From the NCBI RefSeq assembly GCF_018977255.1, contig NW_024704743.1:11038001-11102000 (forward strand): DNA of 64,000 nucleotides, in the 5' to 3' direction. The position numbers were made by a program, and so were the translations under genes. The notes below the pieces were generated by a model that made no database searches, had not been told where the DNA came from, and was given only the letters and a program-made list of their open reading frames with translations. Of the stretch, positions 10,909 through 23,379 are shown piece by piece (the stretch's first letter is position 1; each line of letters starts with the position of its first letter). The DNA comes from Callorhinchus milii (lineage: Eukaryota).

Positions 10909-12626
10909 TAGACTCAAGTGAGGAGGAAGTCAGGAGGAAGAGATGGAGGTCACACTGCACCAACTTCCAAAACCTCCAAACCAGAACATTGATGAACAAA
11001 TGGAGTCCAGAAAAGAGGGACAGTGGCAGCTGGCTGGCAAAAAGGCACAAGAAAGAAAGGAGAAGAGGGTGAAAAAACAACAAAAAAAGGAGACAGAGAC
11101 CAGGGACAGTGAAAGCTTTAGGACGACAGCGCAAAAGAAAGAAAAGACGGGAACCCCCAATAAGCATGGACATTTGGGTGAGGTTTCTGCCAGCCCCCCC
11201 AACAACAGTAAGACTAAAACCGTCAATGGGACTGGAGACAGAGAGACTAAGCGAAAGGTGAAAAACCCCAGGTTAGGCCCTGACCCCTCCATTCGAGAAG
11301 AGTGTGAGAAAGTAGTGGCCCCCGCAAGAAAACAGACTATATTGAAGTAAATGCTTTTTCTTTTTTCTGTTATGGATGTGATTTCTTCCTCGAGGCAAGT
11401 GGAATGTATTGAGTTAGATGTTTGTTTGAGAAACAAAAGGATGGGGCCGTAGTGCATTATCACGGGATTGAAGCGTATTTTCGAATGTCTTTTTTCTCTT
11501 AGGGGTGTGTGTTTTATGAGAAAACTTGATTACTTATTTATTTTTAATATACCAATGAATATATATTTCTTTATATTAAAAAAAGTGAGCTGAGAATATC
11601 GAGCGTTGAGAACATAACACTGAGCCAGGCTGACACATAAATGAATAGGCACACAAGACCTTGGTTTAATGTCGCACCTGAATGACAACACCTCTAAGAA
11701 TGCAGATCACCCCAGCCTAGACTGTGTGAGTTCAAAGGTCTGCATGGGATCTGAACCTACAGGATTTTTATTTAAAGATGAGATTGCTCCCATTTGAGCT
11801 AGGATGTTGAAATCCCTCTCTCTACCCCAATGTTGGCCAACCTTTATGGTCAGCCAAAAAAATATATTTTCTTGATTGAATATTTTTGATTCTTACCGTA
11901 GAATGTTTATTTATTGAATATGTCTTGATTTTTGTGATTGAACACAAGCTTACCCAGACTCATGCAAATGTCAGGGGCTTCTTGACGCCCCCCATGGACC
12001 ACTTCAGGCCCGCAGGCTACACCTCTCCATCGACCTGACTTTAAATTCAGCTAAAGTCCTACCTCTTTGACCATATCTATTGTTATTGTACCCCTTTCCT
12101 CTACTCCTTCTTCAGTTCTCGGGGACTGACCCCATTATTGTGAAGCACTCCGAGACAGTATTGTATGTGAAGGGCATGATATCAATGTAGGCTGTTGTTC
12201 AATTTGCCTTCAAAGTAATTCTTTTTGTGAAGTGCTTTGAGAAGTTCTGATACAGGAACTATATAAAACGTAGATATTGTAGCACCGCTGAACATTTATG
12301 TTTCTCATGGTTTTTGATCATTTGCTTAAATGATATTAAAAAATTTTAAACTTAATTTCTTCTTCCCCCCCAATTCCTTTGGTTCTATCACATGGGACCT
12401 GTGCTGTCCCCAATTATATTTTCTCTGGGATTTGTTTCCAATTATTTCTTGTTTCTTTGACTATGTTCACCTGCAAAATACAGTCTCTACACTTCACAAT
12501 AAATCCTGTGAAAGGTTTTGAGATGTCCTCCTGACATAAATTTGAAGAACATCTTCAAATACCATGAGAAGAATGGTGTGGGGGCTCTGTAAAACAAAAG
12601 TACAATTACATCTTGTAATTGAGTCA

Positions 12627-12950
12627 TGGAGTCCTGTAGCTCAGTGGTTAGAGCACTCGCTTTGCAAGCAAGAGACCCGAGTTCAATTCCAGGCAGGGCG
12701 AAAGCTTGGGCAAGTTTCCTTACTCCACACGCCTAATAATAATCCCTCCAAAACCAAAAACAATAATAAATTGGTCATTTTCAATCTACGACTGTTTGTG
12801 GGACATTGCTGTGCGCAATTGGCTGCCGCGTTCGCCCACAAATATGCAGTCAATTCACTTTACAGTGTCTTCTGTGAAGCGCTTTGGGACGTCCTCCCGA
12901 CATGAAAAGCGCCATATCAAATGCAAGGATTATTATTATTATTATTATTA
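12627..12950 (+). mobile_element. Young tRNA-SINE, full length
   Basis: tggagtcctgtagctcagtggttagagcactcgc...gggacgtcctcccgacatgaaaagcg...(TTA)n. Confidence 0.95.
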
Positions 12951-12982
12951 TAAAAGGTGCCAAATGTTAGCATTGTTATTTT

Positions 12983-13325
12983 GTGTCAGCTTGATTCAGT
13001 GGTAGCACTCTTGCCTCTGAGTCAGAAGGCTGGAGGTTCAAATCCCATGTCGGAACTTGAACTCTCGTGTTCTAAGGTAACACTCCAATGCAGTGCTGGT
13101 GATGCGTTGCATTGTCTGAGGTCCCGTCTGCCTGTTCAGGTGGACATTAAAGAGCCCATGGCACTGTTTGGTCACTCACTACATGGGACATTGCTGTGTG
13201 CAACTGGCTGCTGTGTTCCCTCACAAAATACACAGTTACAGTCAATCTACTTGACAGTAAATCCTTTGAAGTGCTTTGAAACGTCTCGATGAAGTGTTAA
13301 AAGTATCAAATATAAGGATGATTAT
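12983..13325 (+). mobile_element. Old Deu-domain SINE (different tRNA head, ctctgagtc arm)
   Basis: gtgtcagcttgattcagtggtagcactcttgcctctgagtcagaagg...gtctgcctgttcaggtggacattaaagagcccatggcact. Confidence 0.8.
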
Positions 13326-13924
13326 TGTCTGCATGATTTTGCCAGATTGGTATTTTTGCGCAGCATTGTTTGTGGAGGAATTGTGATAGTCACTGCCTAG
13401 AATCACCAGCAGCTTCAGGGAAGGAGAGATCATTGGATGGGTGGGGCTTGACAGAAATGTTCTGTATTGTTCAGACCTGCCAGTGGTTTAAACTGTTTAA
13501 ACAGTGACACTTCAAGTGGGGTGCAGTTACTCTCTTGTTCTCTGCCCTCTGCCTATGGTTGTTAAAGTGTTCATGGCATGGCATTGTCCATGTCCCAGAG
13601 AGAAGCCCTGGCTTCCTGACCTCTCACCACATTCAGGCAATGGCCAACCATCACCCTGTGTGCCTGTTATGAAGGACACATTGATAGACACATTGATAGA
13701 TAGATTAAGCCCCATTTTACTTTACTGATTTGTCTGAGGAGACAAGTTAGTCATCGGAGGCAATTAGCAATGCATGACAACCAGTTTTCCTGACTCCATG
13801 TCTCCGGATCTGGCAAGAGCAGACTCAGAACCAAATCATCTACTGACACTGGATACAAATGACAAACCAGGGCCTTTTCTTTTCCACTGCATGCCCAGAT
13901 TCCAAGATCAGTAATATCACTAAG

Positions 13925-14240
13925 AATGAACCTTTATTTGATATAGCGTCTCATGTCATCAAAACATCTCAAAGCACTTCACAAGATTTACCGCAAAGTT
14001 TGGTGACTCTGTATTTGCAGGCAAACACGGCAGCCAATTTTCACACAGCAATGTCCTACAAACCAACCATGGAGTGGATGATCAAATTTATCGGAGGGGA
14101 TTGTTAGGCAGCACACCAGGAGAAATTATTTTCTCTTACTCAGTAGTGCCATGGGATCTTTAACATCCACCAGGTAAAGGAGACTTCAGTTCAAGGTCTC
14201 ACTCCAAGCATTTAATTGGAGTGTCAGCCAGACTGTGTGA
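13925..14240 (-). mobile_element. Old Deu-domain SINE
   Basis: Reverse complement of L2-type tail, gcagccaattt...cagcaatgtcc and gtgccatgggatctttaacatccacc. Confidence 0.7.
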
Positions 14241-15169
14241 CTTCCAAGTCTCAACCTAGACTTGCTTGAATCAAGTTATAAGTCCTCAGGACCATAATTG
14301 AAAGGTCAAATCCCTCCTTTCAGGGCTTGCTGCGTGTATACAGGGATGACAGCAAGTGCACTTATAGCAAGCGCACTCATTAGCCAAAATGTTCCGTGTT
14401 ACTTCAGGAAGTTCTTCAAGAGTAATCCCAGCCCTCAACAGTTGCATGACAATAATAATAATAATCCTTACATTTGATATAGTTCTCATTCATAGAATGA
14501 ATTGAGAAAATTTTGTTTTTGAGGCATTATTATCCCCTGGAATGTGATTCGCCAATCAACTAACAACCGGGTTCCTACTTACTGCTAGGTAAACAGAGGC
14601 ATATGGAGTAAGGAAACTTGCCAAATGTTTTGAAAACAACAATCTTGCACAGGTGTAAGGGATGGCATCCTACACCTTACACAACGTTGAAACAGGAAAA
14701 CTGAAGAAATGTGCACAAGTGAATGTAATACTGAAAAGTCAAATGCTGGTGGTACAAGCCCTAATGGAAGAAAAGCAAACCTAGTGTCAACACAGCAAAT
14801 GCATAGTCTTGTGTTGAAATGAAAGGATTCTAAATTTGGCTGGGCATTTTGGTAAGATACTCGCCCATTAATTTAGATCATGCAAGGAGATTCTCGTTGA
14901 TCTCAGCATTGTTTGGACAGTTTGAAGTTTGTAGCTTTCACAGGAAGCATTGTTCTGCAGTTTAGGTAGTTAAAAAGTTTATTGGATAAATGGACAGTGG
15001 TGTTTCCCATGGACTGCCTGGAGACTTGGTAACAGATATTTTTAAAACTGATGGGAGGGTAAAAATGGTTAATCTATTTTCCATGAGATTAAAGAAACAT
15101 TTTGAGGCAGTGAGTGTCATTGAATTTAAAAATATACGGAATTTAGAGTTGCAGTAACTGGGCAGTCAG

Positions 15170-15640
15170 CAACAGCAACAACTTGAATTTTATAGCGCCC
15201 TTCACACATAGGATATCTTCTCGGAGTACTTCACAGTGGCATGGTTGGACTATGAGCAAGGGAGAAAGGAGAGGTGACAATAGGCATGATCGAAGAGGTA
15301 AGTTTTAAGGTGGGATTGAAAGATAAGTAAAGGAGCAAGGCGAAGGGAAAGAGGCAGGGGGCTCCAGAGGCTAGGAGCATAATGACTTAAGGTTTGGGCA
15401 CTATGGTAGTATGAAGGGTCGGGGTATGTGCAGCAGGCTGTGTTAATTGAGGGGAGGAGGCAGAGGAGTAGGGAGGCACTAGGGAGTTTCTCTTTCACAT
15501 CCTTATGATGGAACAGAAAGGCTGAAGGCCCGACGACCAAGGGTGGGGCAGGTAGGGCAGGGTCATGGAGAAGGCTAGTTCCAGCTGAGCAGAGGGGGCA
15601 GGGTGGTAAGATTTTAGCAGGTTGCAGAGGTAGGGTTTCA
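15170..15640 (-). mobile_element. Old L2 3' fragment(s)
   Basis: (CAA)-type tail, minus ORF ending SLWSPLPLSLRLAP...HLKTYLFDHAY. Confidence 0.7.
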
Positions 15641-16912
15641 TTAAAACAGTATGACATTGGAGTATCACCTAAGACTGTCAGTTCAACATTCTGATGCGAG
15701 GCCTGAACCCAGAACCATTCGTTATTTTTTTATATATTTTGTGCTCCAATGTTCCTCTTGTGTATTCGCTTTTGATAGTCTCGTGTCTTTAATTCAATTT
15801 AAATTTTCTTCTATTCTTCGTTCTTGGCCTCCTCTAACTGGATTTATTTTCCCTTATCATACTTGTTTTGTTAGGCTTTCTAATTTTATATTTAATCGAA
15901 TGTAACCTCCCTCGTAGTCTGTGTGAATTACATTCTGCTTCCTTCATTCAATTCACTTAAGTCCATTTATTTTACCTTAACATAATTTTCCTCTCTCTCA
16001 TTGTATTAGTCTCCTCTTTCTCCAATGATATTTATTCAATTTTCCTATCTTGTGTTCATGTTGCGCATCATTTTTTAATTCTATTTTTCCTTTGGTGGTT
16101 ATTTTGTTTTACAGGTCTCCTAGAACGTATCCTGTTCCTCCTGACTGAGAGACTGTCTTTGCCTCCTATCATTCTTGCAAAGTTGCATTGGGACCAATAG
16201 CTGGAAGATGAACAATTGATAATTAAGGCTCACTTGACACAGAGCCTGGAGGAACTGAGACTTTTTTCCATGGGAACAAAAAAGTTTGAGGGGGGATTTA
16301 ATAGAGTTCTTTAAAATTCTGAATGGTTTTGATATAATAATAATAATCCTTGCATTTGATATAGCACCTTATTGCATCTTCAAGATGTCTCAAAACGCTT
16401 CACAGAATATAAAGTAAAATGAATTGACTGTATTTTGTGAGCGAAACGCAGCAGTCAATTGCGTACAGCAGTGTCCCACAAACAGTCATGGATTGAGTGA
16501 CCAAACTATTATTCATAGAATCAGATTATTATACAGAACAGAAAGGAGGCCATTCAGCCCATCATGCCCATGCTGGCTTTTTGAAAGAGATATCCAAATT
16601 AATCCCACTCTCCCCCATAGCCTATAGAATCAAACCTGTGGAGATGCTGGGGATATTATTTTTATTATTTATTTTTGAAGACATTATTACCCCCCAAAAA
16701 GTGACTAACAACTGAGTTCCTATTATGTTTCATCCTGCCCAGGAATCAAACCCAGATTCTGTCATTTGCGAGGCAAGTGCCTTAACCAATGTGCTGCAGG
16801 TCTCATAGAATCAATAGGGAGAATTTATTGCAACTGGTCAGTGAGTCAGTTGTTAGAGAACATCTATTGAAGATAGCAAACAAGCAAATAAGGAGCAAAT
16901 GAGCAATTAAGG

Positions 16913-17222
16913 AGTGGTTAGAGCACTCGCTTTGCAAGCAAGAGACCTGAGTTCAATTCCAGGCAGGGCAAAACCTTGGGCAAGTTTCCTTACTCCACAC
17001 ACCTAATAATAATCCCTCCAAAAACCAAAAACAATAATTAAATTGGTCATTTTCAATCTACGACTGTTTGTGGGACATTGCTGTATGCAATTGGCTGCCA
17101 CGTTCACCCACAAATATACAGTCAATTCACTTTACAGTGTGTTCTGTGAAGCGCTTTGGGACGTCCTCCCAACGTGAAAAGCACTATATCAAATGCATGG
17201 AATATTATTATTATTATTATTA
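16913..17222 (+). mobile_element. Young tRNA-SINE (5'-clipped) inserted in an old CR1 3' end
   Basis: SINE body and (TTA)n; CR1 sequence FFTQWV...STSVFKRKLEKY resumes at 17223 and ends with a ttctatg tail at ~17455. Confidence 0.92.
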
Positions 17223-18843
17223 GAATTTTTTTCACACAATGGGTACTCAAGATTTTGAATGCCTTATGGGGAGCAGTGGTTGAGGCAGAATCTACATCAG
17301 TTTTCAAAAGGAAACTAGAAAAATACATAAAAAAGAGTTAACTACAAGGGTTTGGGTAAAGGATGGGTAAATAGGACTGAAAGGATTGCTCTTCAAAGAG
17401 CCAGCACAGACACGAAGGACTGAATGTCCTTCTGTGCTGTCAATTTCTATGGTTCTGCATGTAGGAAACTTTAATAATGAAAGAATGTTTGTCACTAGTG
17501 CAACTACAATTCACATTGCCTTGAAATGCATTATTTTTGCTTCTGCAATCTACAGCAACAACAACAATTAACATTTATATAGCACCTTCATATCAGAAGG
17601 ATCTCTTAAAGCATTTCACACAACTAACTGGTAGCCTGAGCTTTGGGGAGGAGAGAAATGGTGGCTGAAAGCATGGATGAAAAAATAGGTCACAATACAG
17701 GTTTTGAAGACAAGGAGGGAGGGGCTCTGTAATACAAAATGGCTGAAAGTTCGCCCACCGATGGTTGGATGAAATGGGTGGGGGAAATAAAGCAGCCTGG
17801 TGCTTGCTTGCCCAACTCCACTGGCTTCCCATCACACAGAGCTTTTAGTCTCCCTGCTTCCCTCCCTGACCTCCCCCTTCCCCCACCACAACCCTCAGCT
17901 TGTCTGTAAAGGCGCTATACAAATGTAATTTTGTTGTTGTTGCTGAGTGAAGTCTAAGTGGGTACAAAACGATTGTGTTTTCTATAACGTTGCATCAAGC
18001 TTAGATCTGGGACATTATATAACTTCTTTTCCACATGCCTGTTGCTCTTGACTTTAAGGTTAGAGTTTGTGAGCTGTACACCCATTAGTCAAGTAGATAA
18101 CAAAGGGTTAGACTCAGAAACAAGCCACTATTGCAACTAACAAAATGTGGAACAGAATGAAAGGATAGTATAGCAATGGAGAGAGTACAGTGTAGATCTA
18201 CAAAGATGTTTCCTGGGATAAGTGGATACAGCAATCAAGAAAGATTGGAGAGTTTTTAGTTTTTCTCCAGAGATGATTGGAGGGAACCAGATAGAGAGGT
18301 TTACAATTAGAAAAGGACTCAATGAGATGGACATCTTATTTATTTGTTGGTGAGTACTAAACAATATAAGACAATCAATAGCAGACCTTAAAGGGATTTT
18401 AGGAGGAACTTCTTTAAACAGAGGGTGGTGAGAATGTGGAATTCAGTGTTGGAAGCTGTGATTGAAGCAAATAGCATCAATATATTTAAGAAGAAACTTA
18501 ATGCAGACAAGAGGGAGAAGGGAATAGAGGATATGGGGAGGGGGCAGTGGAGAGGGTTCCAGGTGCACGTGGAGTATTAAGGATATAGAGTAGTTATAAT
18601 ACATTTGTACAGCAGCTTTTATATTAGATGAACATAGGCTGAATGGACTGTTTTTATGTATTTTATGTTTTTTTGATTGAAATCTTGGCACGTGTCAAGA
18701 GTATCCAAAGCAATGATACCAAGTTCATCCAGTTCTTGAATGCATATTTATTCAATAAACATTAACGGATACATGAGCTGCTGAATTTCAGATTGTGCAA
18801 ACAGTCTTCTCATATATCGACATTGCGCAGAAATTAATTGTGG

Positions 18844-19170
18844 ATAATAATAATAATAATAATCCTTGCATTTGATATAGCGCTTTTCACGTTGGGAGGA
18901 CGTCCCAAAGCGCTTCACGGAACACACTGTAAAGTGAATTGACTGTATATTTGTGGACGAACACGGCAGCCAATTGCGCACAGCAATGTCCCACAAACAG
19001 TCGTAGATTGAAAATGACCAATTTTTATTATTGTTTTTGGTTTTGGAGGGATTATTATTAGGCGTGTGGAGTAAGGAAACTTGCCCAAGGTTTCGCCCTC
19101 TGCCTGGAATTGAACTCAGGTCTCTCACTTGCAAAGCGAGTGCTCTAACCACTGAGCTACAGGACTCCAC
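18844..19170 (-). mobile_element. Young tRNA-SINE, full length
   Basis: Reverse complement of the family from (TAA)n to gagctacaggactccac. Confidence 0.95.
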
Positions 19171-20473
19171 ATGTATTCAATAACAGCAGGTCTAAGTTAC
19201 CAGCCAGCCTGCTAAAGCAGAACTAGGTATGTACCCCCATGATCAAGTCCCTGACTTTCCCTATTACCTCTTCTAACGCCTTGTTGTTTGATACAATGGT
19301 GCAATTTGCATCGAGAATTGAAAAACTATCCCGTTTTTGAAGGATTATGTTTTATCCCTGCTTTTGCTGTATCAATGCAATATATTACTTGATATGTACC
19401 TGCAAAATGTATTTTGTTACCAATGTGGTTAAGGTATGTGAGTTTAGGAACACACAGCGAGAACCCTTTGTGTAACTTGGAAACAAAATTGACCTGGATT
19501 CATAGTCGTGTGCAAAGTAGTTCATTTCCATTTACAGGTGGAGTAAAAGAATTGTGGACGACACAGCCAAGAAAATACAAAGAATTCATACACCTGGTAA
19601 ATGAAATTTAATGCAAGTAAGAAAAGTACTGCAGATAGGAGGAAAGAAATGAAAAAAATATTTTTTGTTATACCTTATCATGTCAAAACACCTTAAAATA
19701 CTTCACAAGTGGAGTCACTGTTTCTGTAAAGCAAACCATTTGCACCAGAAAGGTAACACATACAACCATGAATTGAAAAATAATCCGGGAGGATTATTGA
19801 TCAGGACAAGGTCCTTTCACTTTTCAGATTGAATCCATGTAATTTTATGAAATTGGAGTAGGTGAATTGGCCCATCCAAACCTGCTCAAGGCAGCTCCAT
19901 TTATCTTTCTAATCCCATTTCCTTGCTTCATATCCCTTAATTCCCTAAGTTCCCAATATTTATCTTTGTCATCTACACCACAATTAATTCTGCATCTATA
20001 GCATTGGTTTAAGTCATTTCATTATCATTCTGAAGATGAAACAATATGGTCAACAATTTCAGAAATGGGTCAGAAATGCAAAAGTGTCCGCTATCACTAA
20101 CATACTGGCCACAACTGGTAACACTCTCATCTCTCAGTTAGAACGTTGTTTGTTCAATCCCCTTATTGCCACTTTCAGCTCATGGTCTCAATTTGACTCA
20201 CAGTCTAATGCACCATTGAATGTGCACTGCATTGTCAGAGGTGACGGCCTTCAAATTAAATGTTAAAGTGAGGTCCTTTCTGTCTGTTCAGATGGGCATT
20301 AAAGATCCCATGGCACTATTTGAAAAGAGAAGAAGAGTTGCAAAGGGAAATTTCAGGACAGGCACCACCAAGTTTTTGTTCACACAGAAGGTAAATAACT
20401 GGTACAGATTGCCAGGAGAGGTGGTTTAAGACAGGATACTGGGACTCATTTTGAAAAGCAGCTTGATTTTGTG

Positions 20474-22490
20474 ATAATAATAATAATAATAATCCTTCCA
20501 TTTGATATAGTGCCTTATCACATCTTCAAGATATCTCAAAGTGCTTCAAAGAATATCCTGTAAAGTGAATTGCCTCTATATTTTGTGGGCAAAACACAGC
20601 AGCTAATTGTGCACAGCGGTATCCCACAAACAGCAGTGTCCCAGAAATTGGATAAGATAAGAATAAACAGAGAGGAGGTACTAAAAAGGTTTGTTGGTGC
20701 TCAAGTTAGATAAGTCACCCGGACCGGATGGGATGCATCCTAGGTTATTGAGGGAAGTCGGGTGGAAATAACGAAGGTTCTGGGAACAATCTTTCAATCC
20801 TCCTTGGACACCGGGTGGTACCAGAGGACTGGAGGTTGTAAATGTTACTCCTCTGTACAAAAAGGGGCAGAAGGATAAACCTGGGAACTACAGTCCAGTC
20901 AGCCTAATGTCAGTAGTTGGGAAACTTCTAGACTACAATCCAGGACAAAATAAATTTTCACTTAGAAAATTATAGGTTAATAAAGGATAGCCAACACGGA
21001 TTTGCTAAAGACAAATCATGTCTAACAAACCTGATAGAGTTTTTTGCTGAAGTAATGGAGAGGGTGGATGAAGGTAGTGCAGTTGATGTAATTTATATGG
21101 ATTTTGAAAAGGCATTTGATAAAGTGCCACATTTTGACTTGTAAGCAAAATAGACGCCCACAGTATTCAAGGGACAGTGGAAACATAGATACAGAACTGG
21201 CTGGGAGACAGAAAGCAGAGAATGGTGGTGAATGGTTGATTTCCTGACTGGTGAGAAGTGTGTGTAGTGGTGTCCCCCAGAGATCAGTATTGGGACAACT
21301 GCTGTTTTTGATCTATATAAATGATCTGGACTTGGGTATAGGGAGTACAATTTCCAAGTTTACAGATGATACTAAGATAGGAAAAGTATTAAACAGTGAG
21401 GAAAATAGCAGCAGATAGCAAACGGATATAGATAGACTGGTAAAGTGGGCAGACACGTGGCAGACAAAGTTTAATGTGGAGAAATGCAAAGTGATGCATT
21501 TTGGGAGGAAGAATGAGGAGAGGCAATATAAGATGATGGTACAATCTTAAAGGGGGTGAAGGAACAGAGTGACCTGGGGTTCATGTAAGTAAATCTTTGA
21601 AGGTGGCAGGACAGGTAGATAAAGCTGTTAATAAAGCATTCAGGTTACTAGGCTTTATAAATAGGGGCATAGAATACAAATGTCAGGAAATTATGATGAA
21701 CCTTTATAAACCACTGGTTAGGCCTCAGCGAGAGTACTGTGTTCAGTTCTGGGCACTACAGTTTAGGAAGGATGTCCAGGCACTGGAGAGGGTGCAAAGG
21801 AGATTTACCAGGAATGAGGGACTTCAGTTATCAGGAGAGGCCAGAGAAGCTAAGATTATTCTCCTTGGAGCAGAGAAGGTTAAGAGGAGACTTAACAGAA
21901 ATTTTTTAAATTATGAGGTGGTTCGATAGGGTGAACAAGAAGGAACTACTTCCACTGGCGGGTTGGTCGATAACCCCAGGACACTGATTAAAATAGTTGT
22001 TAAAAGTAACAGAGGGGAGGTGAGAAGAATTTTTTTCACACAGCACATCTGGAATGCATTGCCTGAAAGGGTGGTGGATGCCGATTCGATAACAACTTTT
22101 AAGAGAGAAGTGGATAATTATTTGGGGAGGACAAGTTTGCAGGGCTATGGGGAGATAGCAATGGAGTTGGATTGAATTGGATAGCTCTTTTCAAAGAGCC
22201 GGCACAGACACAATGGACTGAATGGCCCCTTTCTGTGCTGTATGATTCTATGATGTTATGATTCTATGAAACAGTCATGGATTCAGTGACCAATTTATTA
22301 TTCTTTGTTTTAGGAATAATTACTCCTGGAAAACCGATCTGCCAGTTGACTAGGGTACTCATCAATAATGCTGGGTAAACAGAGACATGTGGAGTAAGGA
22401 AACTTAATCAATGTTTCACCCTGCTGGGAATCGAACCCAGGCCTCTAGCTAGCGAATCGAGTGCTCTAACCACTGAGCTATAGGACTCCA
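20474..22490 (-). mobile_element. Long-form (older) tRNA-CORE-Deu SINE split by a CR1 insertion
   Basis: Tail half at 20474-20640; head half at 22269-22490 (aaacagtcatggattcagtgacc...ctaaccactgagctataggactcca). Confidence 0.8.
20645..22268 (+). mobile_element. CR1 LINE, 5'-truncated, decayed ORF2 (RT)
   Basis: KSPGPDGMHPRLL, NYSPVSL, QHGF, YMDFEKAFDKVPH, KFTDDTK, LYKPLVRPQREYCVQFW; (ATTCTATG)-type tail at ~22245-22268. Confidence 0.95.
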
Positions 22491-23015
22491 CAAAGGAGGG
22501 ATGGGAGGGAGGGTGTTCTGGAAGGATTAGATTGGATGGGCTGAAGCGCCTTCTTCATCTGAACCAAACTTTTGATCTTGCAGGTCAATGAAATGACTCA
22601 AACAAAATGAGAGAATAGGGGATAATTATTACTACTTGAATCTTATGCAGCTCTTCAATAAAACAACAACTTGCATTTATATAGCACCCTTCAAGTAGGG
22701 TAACATCTTGGAGCACCTCACAGGGATGTGGTTGGCGCGATGGGGTTGGACAATGAGCAAGGGATGTGGTCATATGCATGTTGAAAGAGGTGGATTTGAA
22801 ATATTACCACAACTTCATTTATATAGCCCCCTTCAAGCAGAGTATCATCTCAAAGTGCTTAACAAGCAGACCTTGAAACTAAAAACTGTAATTATTTTGT
22901 ACCTCTATGTTGAAACTTTCATGATGCTTCACAGAGCAAGGCAAATTATATTATCCTAGACTGCTGTATGGCTCAATGGATACTGCAAATCTGTCAACAA
23001 CACAGTGAATTACTT

Positions 23016-23290
23016 GAAAAACTCAAGTACAGAGCATCCAAGGTGGTGATCTCTGGGTTACTCCCGGTACCTCGGGCAACAAGGCACCATAATGAAAGGA
23101 TCAGGCGCATGAATGATTGGCTGGAGAAATGGTCCGGAAAAGAAGGTTTCCGTTTTCTGGACAATTGGGACCACTACTGGGGAAGGTGGGATCTTTACCT
23201 TGAGGATGGTAGCACTTAAGCAAGGCAGGGGTGAGCTTCCTTGCCAAGAGATTATCAAATGCTGTAGGGGCGGATTTAAACAAGTGTTGA
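23016..23290 (+). pseudogene. CR1 ORF1 C-terminus (SGNH/GDSL esterase-like), truncated
   Basis: KVVISGLLPVPRA...IRRMNDWLEKWSGKEGFRFLDNWDHYWGRWDLYLEDG. Confidence 0.85.
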
Positions 23291-23379
23291 GGGGGGATGG
23301 GTATCCAAGGATAAACAATGGATTAGAGATTAGAGGAAAAAGACAAGTGGGAAGTGTAGAGCAGGTACAAGCGGACAAT

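Larger units (their letters stand above)
7273..11584 (+). mobile_element. Tx1 copy B: ORF1-only, internally deleted derivative interrupted by SINE/CR1/L2 insertions
   Basis: 5' end homologous to 665-1200; ORF1 knuckles YYPGQPRACLRCGQVG and CWNCRSFVHLAKNC at 10190-10370; ORF1 end joined directly to the 3'UTR at ~11270; A7 tail at 11578-11584 followed by GTGAGCTGAGAATA. Confidence 0.85.

Noticed and set aside
12627..12700. tRNA-Ala(TGC)-like gene (and the same sequence in other copies)
   Set aside because: These are SINE heads that run into CORE/Deu/L2-tail sequence with no terminator after the tRNA part; not counted as tRNA genes.
12706..13005. Recurrent small ORFs such as MGKFPYSTRL...KCKDYYYYY as a peptide family
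   Set aside because: Incidental translations of SINE copies; poly-Tyr/poly-Ile comes from the (TTA)n tail.
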